NCBI GenBank assembly: GCA_904063045.1
Contig: CAJFCJ010000018.1
Location: 248,001 to 312,000 of the forward strand
DNA from: Dimorphilus gyrociliatus
Lineage: Eukaryota > Animalia > Annelida
Reading direction: 5' to 3'
DNA: 64,000 nt
The notes beneath the pieces were generated by a model. That model saw only the letters and a program-made list of their open reading frames with translations, had not been told where the DNA came from and made no database searches. Below, in pieces: positions 1-12,100 of the stretch (the stretch's first letter is position 1; each line of letters opens with the position of its first letter). The translations under genes were made by a program, and so were the position numbers.

Positions 1-504
1 CATGGTGACGAGTAAACGTGCTGAAACATAAACAAAGGACGCTTAAATATGGTAATTAATCTGATTTTAAATGTACGGAAAATAGAAAACGATATTTCTA
101 AAATTAAAAGTTTTTGAACGAGTATTTTGTTATATTTCTTAGTTTTCAGGCAATATAAAACGTTTCAAATAATTTTATATGCCAAGTCTCATCTAGAGTT
201 GAGATGAAAGTGATTTGGAAAAAGTTAATTTTTGTAAGACATACCAATTATAAAGACGAATATATTTTATCATCAAAGAAATCGAAGGCGAAACGCCGAT
301 TCAGCAAAGTACTTATTCCATATGCAGGTTTCCTCCATATATCTTTCATATCTAGGCCTAGATTCCCTTTTGAGCTTCTTTAATTTAATACGCATATACT
401 GCTCTAATTATATCATGTGTACTCTTTCAGGATAGGAGAGCAATAGTGGACCGTGATGAAACGATAATTTTTGTGCTATAAAAAACTTATAACTGGCAAA
501 AATT

Positions 505-827
505 ATGGGCTCCTTTTCAAGCAAGAAACAGATAAACGTTGTTCAAGGAAGAAGTTTAACCTTGGAAATTCAGGGCAAAAAACTTGAGCCTCATATTCAG
601 GTTCCTAGAAGGTACTAATTGCATTTCTTTTATTTTTATTCCATTTTATTCTCGAATATAAACTAATAATTATCTTTTGCCGAAATTGACAGCTAGCATT
701 TAATGTAGAAATTATAATTTCAGTAAATCAGTAAAATCTCCCCACAAAAATCCAAATGATATGCACACTGGTAATAAGCAACAAGCAGTAGTTCAGCCAA
801 TACCAGTCAATGTAAATTCAGCTAAAG
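505..827 (+). CDS. Candidate alternative PDE1 N-terminus D (exons 505-611 + 724-827) with an N-myristoylation motif
   Basis: ATG 505 has in-frame upstream stops. The exons splice in frame to MGSFSSKKQINVVQGRSLTLEIQGKKLEPHIQVPR-SKSVKSP...NSAK. The end is phase 1 (G|gtaagc), compatible with the shared acceptor at 6148. Linkage to PDE1 is inferred, not shown. Confidence 0.5.
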
Positions 828-1672
828 GTAAGCCATCTCTTCTTAGTTTTTCAATTGTATAAATATTTATGAGGTACCTCCGTGACAAATGATCATACAA
901 ATTCTTTTTGTATGCTATTTTTTTCTGTCTTTGCTTCCTTTTACCTTGTGCAGAAATTTTGATAAATCAAATGCCTTTCAACTAAAATTCTACGCAAGTA
1001 TATTCGATTGGTGAAGTTTTCCTTTCAATTTTAAAGAGAACATTGAATAGGCTTTTCAGCTAACTCTATAATTTTCCAATGAGCTATACATCTAATGTAA
1101 AGGATGTAATTATTCAAGTACAGCGGTCGTTCCTTTTCCTAAAAAAGAATACTATACCCTTACTCAAATCGAACGTGTTAATTATGTCACTTTGTATAAT
1201 TAAACGTCTAATTTTTAAAATTTATTTCCGCCTTTAAACGGTTAAATTATATTGCACGAAAATTGTGATAATCTTAGGCTTAAAGGATCAATAATGAATT
1301 TCTTAGTATGTAAAAACTACTCAGACATTACCCACTAATTGATTATCGACAAAATATTGATTCTATGTGTTTAAATGTTTAAATTTAAATAGAGAAAGAT
1401 TTAGAAATCAGTGAAAATCCAAGTAACGAGATGATAATAATAAGAAATTTTATTTTTACTTTAAAGACAAGTTAACAGCTACAACAAAGCAACTTGGCAT
1501 TTCATTTATAATACTAATTCGTAGTAAGCGCGACATCTGTCGGATACTAATTACATTAAAAATGTATATGAGAAACGCGTATTCTTTGCATCTCACGTTT
1601 CTCCGGGCAGAGTGCTGTTGTTTTTCTTGTTTCCATTTTATTTAAAAAAAAATTGGAATAAACTAGAAGAGC

Positions 1673-1781
1673 ATGAAAAAGTCGAAAGCAGATCAGCCTC
1701 CTGACGCTGCAGCCATATTTCGGCAATTTCAAAGAACGAAAAGTGCGACTTTTACAGTGGATGGAACTGCATATACAATAG
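1673..1781 (+). CDS. PDE1: PDE1 alternative first exon A (PDE1C-long-isoform-like)
   Basis: MKKSKADQPPDAAAIFRQFQRTKSATFTVDGTAYTI+G|gtatgc, with an in-frame TAG 9 nt upstream. Splicing to 6148 gives ...YTI-VANSPDK, which matches the vertebrate PDE1C long-form N-terminus as I recall it (FKKCRSATFSIDGYSFTIVAN). Confidence 0.8.
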
Positions 1782-4700
1782 GTATGCTTTCTAACAGGTG
1801 CGCTAATTTTTAGACGCTTTAATTTATGATTCAGTCTATCGGCAATAAAAAATAGATTAAAATTGTTGACAAAACAAATGGATAAATCTTTTACTAATAA
1901 TTCTTCAACAAATCAGATTTGAATATGAGAAAAAATGAGATAGAAAAATAAGGAGCAGTAGATACTATTAGTAAAAAGTTCATAGCATATGTCTTCAGAT
2001 ATATCCAAAAATATTCAATTAATTTGTTATGTTTTAGGTACACTAAGCAGTTAAACATATATTAGATATTATAATTCTGTTTTGAGTTGAATATCATCGC
2101 TCAATTTCATTTTTTACACAAGCGTTAAGCAGATTAGGTCGAAAGCTCTTCTAAATCAAGCCTTATTCACGGTTCAGGTGTACTTTTGTGATACTTTAAC
2201 GTTTTACTTGTGTCTAATCATATAGAGTCATCTGAGTGAAGACAATGAAATGAACATACTTTCTAATTAGCTGTCAAACATGTATATCTACATATGTAAG
2301 GCAGATACATCAGAACATGTAAGACTTAAAGGCCATATATCGAAAGTTTATGGTACATTTGCTTCTTCAGCTTCTTATAACATGCACGCATTGCTGAATC
2401 GCTTCAAACAGATTCTTAAATATTGATCTTTTATATTTATGAAATTAACGTCTTTGACGATTTTTAAATTAATCCATTTTCAAATAGATAAATCTCTAGT
2501 CTTATGCTTAAATCTGACAATCGGGTAACTAAGTGAAAGTTCACCTAATATTTTCTCTCGTCGTATTCATTTTCTTTGGTGAAATATGACAAATAAACAT
2601 GTTAGCTATTATATAGATAACAAGTGCGTTATTCAATGTATTCTAAATTTTTTCTTCTTATAAATAATGGACATATAAACTGGAAACAAATATCAGGAAG
2701 GTTATTATACGCACTTGAAGGCTTTTAGTATCATATATTATGAGGCCTAGTTGCTATTTCTTTGAGTCCTAAGGGTGACGACTAGGAATCATTTTACGTA
2801 TACGTAGCTATCATTTTAAAAGTAATCTATCAGCCAAGATTTATTTAAAAACAAAGACGACAAATAGATGGCCAAGCGATAAATGGGTGTTTTTTTTAGC
2901 TTTGACCGTGATTTGGTTTGTAAATGCAGACCCCTTTGGAGAACTTTTATTACCGAAACAGCGGGGTTAATAGGGTTTGTTTAGATAAACTGCCTCGTAA
3001 TGCATATTCGAGAACCTTTTTTGGCAAATATTTGGAAGTGAGCCTAGCATTAATTTACACTTTGATTTAATATACCATCATTTATAAGTCGGAGACATTG
3101 ATATTAAGGGGTAATGTTGAGCAGTCGGTGACGGGTTTAAAAATTTCTTATGGCAGCTGCAAAAAACTGGAATATTCAACATTATCATTAGAAAGCAATT
3201 CCTTTTTGTAATAGATACGTATTGATTGTGGATATCGAAATCTATATTTCTCCTAAAGTTTCCATGGATAGATGCTGCCATCTGTCGGATGACCCTCCGA
3301 ATAACATAGTTGTCTTATGAAGTTTAAATTCAATTACACTTAAGAGAATGTAGAACGATTTTTGCTGGTGTTATGTTAGCGGAGAAAAATTGAGTGAGAA
3401 ATAGAGATGGCAATCGATTGCAGTCGTCTTTTGTCCAAAATAACGATTCCGCATTAGTGATTAGTTTATAGCTTTCATCAGTCATTAATACTCGGTACTG
3501 CATCCGAGTTATCCACTCCATAACTTTGACCTTACCGAGGATATATCTTTTAGATATTAAATTACAAAATTTTCATTATAATTGGCTGCTTGTTTGCACT
3601 CGAACTCTTATGAATGTTGAATTGACTTAACATAGTCAATATTTGAACTTAACTCTATTCTCAAGTAGTCGAAAATCAGAAGCCTTGCTGTAAAAAATGT
3701 TCAGAAAGTACATAACAGGTGAGATGAAAAGTTTTAGCGTTAAAAAATGTGACGTCATACGGCACACGTGATCTCAATAGCAACTATATGGTGCAAAGAA
3801 ACGTTAGAAAAAGCACGTTTTATGCAGTTATTGTTTACTACTGGATATAATTTGCTCTAAATACAAGTTTGTCGTGTATTATGTTCATATAACTATACGT
3901 AGTTTGTTAACTTTTTTTTGTAGAAATAGAACTTAAAATATCTGATAGTTTAGTGTACGAAAAACACTAATTAAAATTCAATAATTGCTGAATATACAAA
4001 ACATACACATTTAATAGTATAAATTTTATATTCTAATTTAATATTTAGAAGTTAAATATAGTTTTTTAACAATTTTTAGAGTGAATTTTGCTTTAGGTAA
4101 CATGCGTGGTAAATTTATTGTAATTCATGTATAATATAAATTACTTGCCAATATGAGTATCAATTAATATATATATATATCTTCATTTTGGAAATATTAT
4201 AAGCTATAATTAAGTATATATCTTTTCTCTGGATATTTTTATTAAATAAGCATAGGTATGAGTTTAATAAGAGATATTTTAGGGATAATATAATAATATT
4301 TATTGAATAATTTGATTGAATTAACAAATTACAATTAGGATTAAGGAACTCAATAATTAAAAACAGATACTTTCATTTCTTCATTTACTCTTATAGCTTA
4401 CTGTTTAAGATATAAAATACTGTTTATATACAGCATATATATATATAAATGCGCACACGCCATTTAGATATATATTTTTGTATGAACATGTGTGTGTTTA
4501 TACGTATATACACCGTATTTTGGTTATATATACAGTTTATATTGTATAGGTTGTATGTATAGTATATATATATATATATATGAAATATATCATTGTTTGT
4601 CAGTTTGTATCATTGCTCATTTGGACATATGAAGTCTTTACATAGAGCGGGAAGTTCTGATAATATCTATCTCGAGAGTAAGCAGTATAAACGAAAAACT

Positions 4701-7700
4701 TGCATCGTCAGGGTGGATGGTTGCCAATACACAATAGGTATAAAATTCTTAAATTTTTACACAGTATTGGCTTGTTATAATATTTTTTCAATCACCAATG
4801 AGTCTCGCTTTTCTCGAGTCTCTCTATGTAATTTATATATAAGCCTGCGTAAGTAGCATATATACGCATAATAGTCCGAATAGAATATATTTATGTCTTG
4901 GTCAGTAATGAGGCGAGCTGTTTAGTAAACTTTTTGAAGGCACATGTTTTAAAATAGTAGTAATATCGGAAATCGATCGATTTTTTGTATGGCAAGTGTT
5001 CATTCGGTAAATTTTTCTCTTTCAACTAGATATTCAGCGGTTGTTAGGCATTTTTGGTCCTTTTACCACGTTATTTTTGTTCAATATTAAATTGAGGTGT
5101 ATAACGTTAAAGTCCAATATTTGATTATTGAGACAACTGAATTGCGCATTTAAGCTTTAATAAGTCAATGAATACTAACAATAAATTTCCATAATTGAAT
5201 AACTAAACTGACATATATTACTCATGCATAGGAATTAGTATTTAGAGAAGGCCTTTCGCAGCAGGGATTATCATTCATAACTATCCCATATTTAATACTA
5301 AGAGTAATCGAACTGAAGGTTTGACTTTGTGAATTTTTATTTACAATGAGCCTTTCACCTTCGACGGTTTCTGCGCCGAATAAAACTCTTCGAGTGACTC
5401 GAAATGAGAAATCGGATACTGTAATCCATAGCAGTTCTGTTAAACAAACCGAAAAGCTAGTAATAGACAATGGAAGGGTGAAATCCGCTCCATTCGTAAT
5501 TAGAAAAGCCAAGAAAATGCCTCCGAATTCATTAGGAAAAATGAAAGTGAATAGAAATTACTCCAGGCACAATAGCCAACAAGCATCACCTAAGGATTTT
5601 CTCTTCGTAAGTAAATTGGAAAAGAACTACTTTAGCGATTCTGAAGTCTATAAGGAAAAAATAAAGCGAAATAAATACCCAAAAAGTAAAGATGAAGATA
5701 TTGAAAGACGAGAGATGGATGACAAATTACTTCCTCTATTGAATACTAATAAAACAACAGCAGACTCTAGGCGAAATGATAATATACTTAAATCTACAAC
5801 AGAGAAGCTACAATCAATTGAACAAAAATTAAATGTGTCAAAAATATCTTCTGTCGAAATTTTGTCTAAAATTTTAGGGGCGTTACAATTCCAAAGTCCT
5901 ACCAAATCAGCTCGAGTTTATAGGTTTCGAAAAGAGAGGAGTTTTATTATACAAATGCCTAATGGCGATTTCTATGAAGGTTTGTATTGAGTGGATAAGT
6001 CATTTGACTATTTTTCTTATGATGTCTACGACTAAAGAGTTTTCTCGATTTAACTGAACAAAGACAGAGTTAATAGGCAAAAATCAGTCACATAACTTTT
6101 CAATTATTTATTAGTGAATATATTAATATCGTCATTACTTTTTACAGTTGCAAATTCACCTGATAAGAGAGGAGGTGAATCGCCGTTATCTACAACCAAA
6201 AATGGTCAATTATCGAGTAAGTTTTAAGGCGATAGATGGCATTGTTGATCTCTTATGCACAGCTCCATCTATTTCATTTTAAAAGCACAACTCATAATTT
6301 ACCTCAAAACCTTTTTAGAGGGATTCTTTAATTTAATCTTCGTATTATCGAAAATCTATGAGGCTATAAGATGTCAATTAGTAAACAGCGCTTTTTGCAC
6401 TAGATGTATTTTTAGACGAGAAACGAAGAAGGTAAATCGTCTTCGAATATGTTTATGATGCGAGAGAATACAGTGCAATTTGCCGCTGATTTAAGTGCAT
6501 TCTGACAAATGATTGCACATCAACGCTTATTACTCGTCTTTCTATTCACCATCTATATATTTCTACATTGATTACTGATAAGCTTAGCTTCGCTTAAGAG
6601 TCTTAATCTACAACAGATGTTTTAATAAAGACGGATGAGCGAATGCTTGTTGTTGCTAAGGAAACGAAATTTCAATCATAGTAGACCAAAGACTATACAT
6701 TTCTTATCTTTACAGGATCAGGATCATTAACAGTTTTGAAACGACCGACTTCCAGTCAAAGCAGCGATCGACCTTTAAGCAGACATGGTTCGAAGGCTTC
6801 TACACAATTTTCTTTAGAATCCAACAGCTATTCGAGCGTTGATTTAGGTAATGAAAAGCTACCAGATATTAACACTGCCGAAGCTTCGCGTGTTTGCTCT
6901 GTCAGGTGGAAATTATACTTAATATAATTTATAACTTTGCTACTATATGCTTTTTCTTCGCAAACTCTGTTTAGATTACGTCATATTATTAAGAAAATCG
7001 AAAAGGATGATATATCCAGGGAAGATCTTATAAAGAACCTTGCGTATGCAGCATCTGTCTTGGAGGCAACTTACATTGATGAAACAAAGTGGGTGATATT
7101 TCTATAGATGGCTATGTTTTTGATACGATATCAAACTAAAAGTGCACAGACGCACACTCACACAAACACTCTGAATTTATATGTATAATTTTATACATAT
7201 ATGTGAGTGTGTTTTGTAGCAGCTTTTCAGTAAATATCGTTTACATGTACATGTGTATGTATATGAACGCGATCAAATAACTGTATAATATGCCTATACA
7301 CCGTATAGTGCATATATTTTATGCAGTTTTGACACTGAGATTCTTTAATTATTTTCGTATATAACGAACCAAGCGCTCATAATCTTGCATATGTAAGGTT
7401 TTAAGTTGCGATTGCTGAAAACGTTTGAAAATAACAGGAAACGGAAAAACCCTACTCAATCACTTACGTCGTCAATTCGCAACGACGATTTGAGGTAGAA
7501 ATTCGGCGTGTTTTAGTTTTAGACTAACTCACAAAAAACGCATATGTATTATTTGCATCAGACACTAACATATATATGGATGTATATGTATTTCTGCATA
7601 AATGTACATATATATGTTGAAAAGTATCTAAGGAAGAGAATCATAATTAAGAAACTAATACGTAAACAAAAATAACAGAACAAACATATACTATAAATAT

Positions 7701-9160
7701 ATATTAATATATGTATATATAAATATAGTTATATATATATATCTTGTTTTATATATGCGTTTTGTCAAAATATAAATATATAGATAAAAATATCAATCTA
7801 ACTAGAGCACTTCTTTATATCCTGTATTTATCTTAGATACAGTATATAATAAAGTGTATACTTTCATATTTAAATTATAATTTTATTATAATTATATATA
7901 GTAATAATTTTTAAATGTTTATATATTTATATGTAGAACAAGCTTCTATTAATTTTCAAACTAATGCTTCAGCGTATAGATTTAACACGAACCTTTATGT
8001 ATATAATTAGAGTACTTCGCTTATTTGCTTTCCCTTTATGCTTTAATTTTAGAAAGACCAAATTTTATTTTCGATGTTTATATATATATGCACACAATGG
8101 TTTATATTATTTGTTAGAGAATCAACGGGTGAAAGTCAAGTAGAAGACGCAACTAAGCAAACGAAAGAAGACAGGTTTTATTTTTATTCGCTAAAGGAAA
8201 AAATCACCTGCTTAACATCATTTTGCGCTTAACTTAACCAACTCTTCTTATTAATATATGGCGCGAAATTATTTAAAAAGCCGCGCGTGTTATACGATTA
8301 TATTTCTTTCGTATGAAGAGTGAGTGAGTGGATCGATAAAAAATCTTTGCAGCAGCCTTTTTTTTTTTATTTAATTTCGCCCTTAAACGCACCGAATGCT
8401 CAGCCGGAGGCCGTCTATGTCGGAACATTGCGCTATGCTAATTATAAAGGCTGCCAAACTAGACGAATCGTAATCTAATTTTTGTCCGGTAGCCACAGGG
8501 CTTGTTAAGACGCCATTTTTTTCCTGCCTAGAATTCCCTTTTGTAAAAATATACGTTTCAGTAGGCCTAGTTTATAACAAGGGTTAAGGAAAGAAAGCGG
8601 ACATCTTTCGAAAAATTTCCAATACTAGGGGGCGTCATTACCCAGTCTGTTTATGCTGTTCGTGTCATACATCTTTGCAGATCAGGCGTCGGTTGTTAGT
8701 ATGCACGTGTGTTTACTGTCGCCGTAATAATCATGGATAAAAAGCAATTAGAATATATAATTAGAAGATATTTTGTTAATTAAAAAAAAAATCAACAAAA
8801 AATTAGAAACACCAATAATGGCAGTGAGAAGGAACACTGTTAAACAGGATTCTGCAGGAACTAAATGTAAAGAGAATGGTAAAGCGTGGTAAGGTGTAAT
8901 TTAGTTTCGCATTAAATGATGTAGAAGAATACGTCGGTGTGACATTGCAGTTGTACCTGGCATTGTGCACTTTATAAAAAGCACTGCCGCCATCATATGT
9001 CGCGTGTTTGCAGATCATATTGAAAGATATACTGAAAAAAATTTTATATTATCAATTGTTTAATTTATACTGAACGTTTAATTATAAATCCGTACGAAGG
9101 CTGTATACTGTAGGCATGCTGGGCTTTGCACGACTGCAGTATAGTAAATCGATCGCTTGA

Positions 9161-9198
<38 letters not shown>

Positions 9199-12100
9199 TA
9201 TATATATATAAACTGAATGTATGAAAATTATATTTCTTTCTATTCTTACTATTATTATATTAAGAAGATTTATGTGTGAGTGGATGTATATGGAAAGGAG
9301 GGATAGAAATCAGTAAATACGCACTGTATTACTCTAATGTACATATATACACTAAAAATGCACTGAAAATTTACTACCTTTTCATGTTTCCATTATTGGT
9401 TAGTAGCAAATGTCGCTTATCTAAAGTAGAATATATAGACGGTCAAATGGATGCTCATCACGCCAAAGCTGCCTTGACAGTTTGCTGTCGACGGCGAATA
9501 TTTTTAATCGATGCCATGCGTCAGTCTGCACCGGCTATCGTCTCTACATAGTGTGCAGCCTTATTTATTTTCCTTCAACTCTGCTAACTAATCATCAACA
9601 TTATAAGCAGTTTTGTTTTCATTTCGTTTTAAATGAGAGATATTTTCACGCTTCGGAAACAAAGCATGCAAAAACTCTCCCTCGGGACGTTTCATTCCGT
9701 AAATACCATCTTTCTCTCCTTCCCCCTTCACTTTTATCACGCCCCAGTAGAATAACTCCATTCAGTACATTTCTATTATATAATTGTATGATTGGGAATA
9801 TTTTTTCCAAAAAAATATTTTCTGGTTGTGAATCTCAAAGATTTTATGTCACAGACCCATTTTATTTACTTATTCAATGAGTTATTGTTAGACTTTAGAC
9901 ACTAATATAGGTCTGCTTCCTTTCCAATGATGTATGTAGTGATCGTTCGAAAGATGTCTGTAACGATTTTCTGCTAAATTAATGAGAATTACGCGGTCGG
10001 CTTTCGCAACGTTCAATGTATTGTTTTATCAAAAGTGAGAGATATATAATTGAGATAAAGACGTGTGTATATGGTTTCATGCACTAAAACTTTTCTCCCC
10101 GCTTGACGCTTAGTTTCGATCGTCTAATAGCTATGTATACGGTGCTGAAGTTTACCAATAGGATACAGAATTCTCATAAATATATATACTGTAGAATCAA
10201 AGATATATATATATATGAATTTCAATTCCATTTTAATAAAATTTACAGGATATATTACATAAAATATGCAAAAATTTTATATTTATGAGTATCTAAGGTG
10301 TATACCTCTTTCCGACTGTATCTGTGAATTTAAACTTTGGGCAACTGTATATGTTTTTATATAATATTTATGAATTCATGTGTTTTCTTTTGCAATAATT
10401 CATTAATATAGCTTTAAAAAATATTGATTTCCTTTTTTTGATGAAAAAACAGGAGATTGTGTGATGAAGATGACGAACTTAGCGAGGTCGAACCGGATGC
10501 CGTTCCTAGTGAAGTCAGGGATTGGTTAGCCCTAACATTCACGAGGTCTATGAGTAATATTAAACGAAGAGGGGAAGAAAAACCTAAATTTCGAACAGTC
10601 GCCCACGCAATACGAGCCGGTATTATGGTTGACAGGTAACTAATTTGGAAGAATATTTTTTTCAAGGATTTATATTATTTATACCTGCTAGAATCATTCA
10701 ATTATACGACTTGTAGGCGCGTCACGGTCGAGATATATTTAGAACGTAGAGCGTCTCCATAGAAACCTTGCTAGTATATCCTACATTGTCTTTTTCACCC
10801 CTGCCAGTGACGTCTCGTTATCTTACTGATTTGCTAAACAAAAGTATTTTTGCAGTATTTTGCTGTATGGCAAACACGCCTCACACGTATCGATTGATTA
10901 GCTCTCTCTTTCCCTCTCTTTCATTCTCACTCTTTTTCCCTCTTTTCTCTCATCTAGCTTTCTACATTCGCAAAGAGTACGATTCTGTTGATTTTTTTCC
11001 CTTTCAATCATCTTCTATTTTTATCATGCGAACACTATTCTATGCTCGTAGGTAGAAAACTATGACGTCATTAAGAAAAAATTTGCTAGTTTGATGACAG
11101 ATGGCGGTCAGTAATGACTTGGGAAAACGCTCTGATCGATTTTCACGCTCTTTTTATTCCGCTAAATCCTCTTTTATCCCTCCGCTTTTCTGCAAATATG
11201 CCGAAATGTCGCTATAAACGTTTGTGTAGGAGGAAAAAACGCTGCTAGTAAGGTTTCTCAATTAAAGTTTATGATAGGCCTACAGTTTTCTATTACATAT
11301 TAGACGTCATATTGAATATATCGCTACCTTCATTTTCCAGAATATATAGGCGAATGTCAAGCTCTGTAGGCTTACACGTTCCACCAAATGTTCTGCTCTT
11401 ATTAAAGGTATTTTAAATGCACTAAAAATTATAAGCTTGAGAAAATTCGAACATATAAATTAATGAAACAGAATTTAGACGATTGGTCGTTCGATGTTTT
11501 CTCCGTAAACGAAGCTGGGGATAACCACGCGCTTAAGTTTGTCACCTATGAGCTATTACAACGTTACGATTTAATAGCAAAATTTAAAGTATGTATTTTA
11601 CATGAGAAAAATGGTATTAGTTATTTAATATACTCAAATAAACAAAATCAATAGATAAGTACCCAAGTCTTAGAAAGCTTCCTTGCCCAATTGGAGAGTG
11701 GATACAGCAAGTACACAAATCCATACCATAATCTAATTCACGCGGCCGACATTGCTCAAACTGTACATCACATACTCAGCCAAAGCAGTTTAGCGGTAAG
11801 TTCATTCCCACTCCAAAATTTCTTAATGCTTTATCTATAACTACGCCTTTCGAATCTATATTTAGCATTGGCTAACCGATTTGGAAGTGTTTGCCACAAT
11901 CATTGCCGCTTGCGTACACGACTTTGAGCACACAGGAACAACGAATAATTACCATATAAATACCAAGTCGGTTAATTTAATATCGATTTACCGGAATTGT
12001 TTCCTAAATAATTAACGTCGATTGCAGTTCAAGCGTTGCTCTCTTGTATAACGATAAAGCTGTTTTGGAGAACCACCACATAAGCGCGGCATTTCGATTA

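Noticed and set aside
204-327. 41-codon basic ORF (MKVIWKKL...KRRFSKVLIPYA) with a phase-1 donor; a possible fifth PDE1 N-terminus
   Set aside because: The nearest acceptor (431) gives an immediate stop, the donor is weak and the shared motif is absent. At best it is a uORF in the leader of the 505 unit.
9276-11055. Intronic ORFs 9276-9551, 9482-9880, 10103-10288 and 10768-11055
   Set aside because: They have non-ATG starts and an F/L/I/Y/S-rich composition typical of translated AT- or pyrimidine-rich non-coding DNA, with no family motifs.
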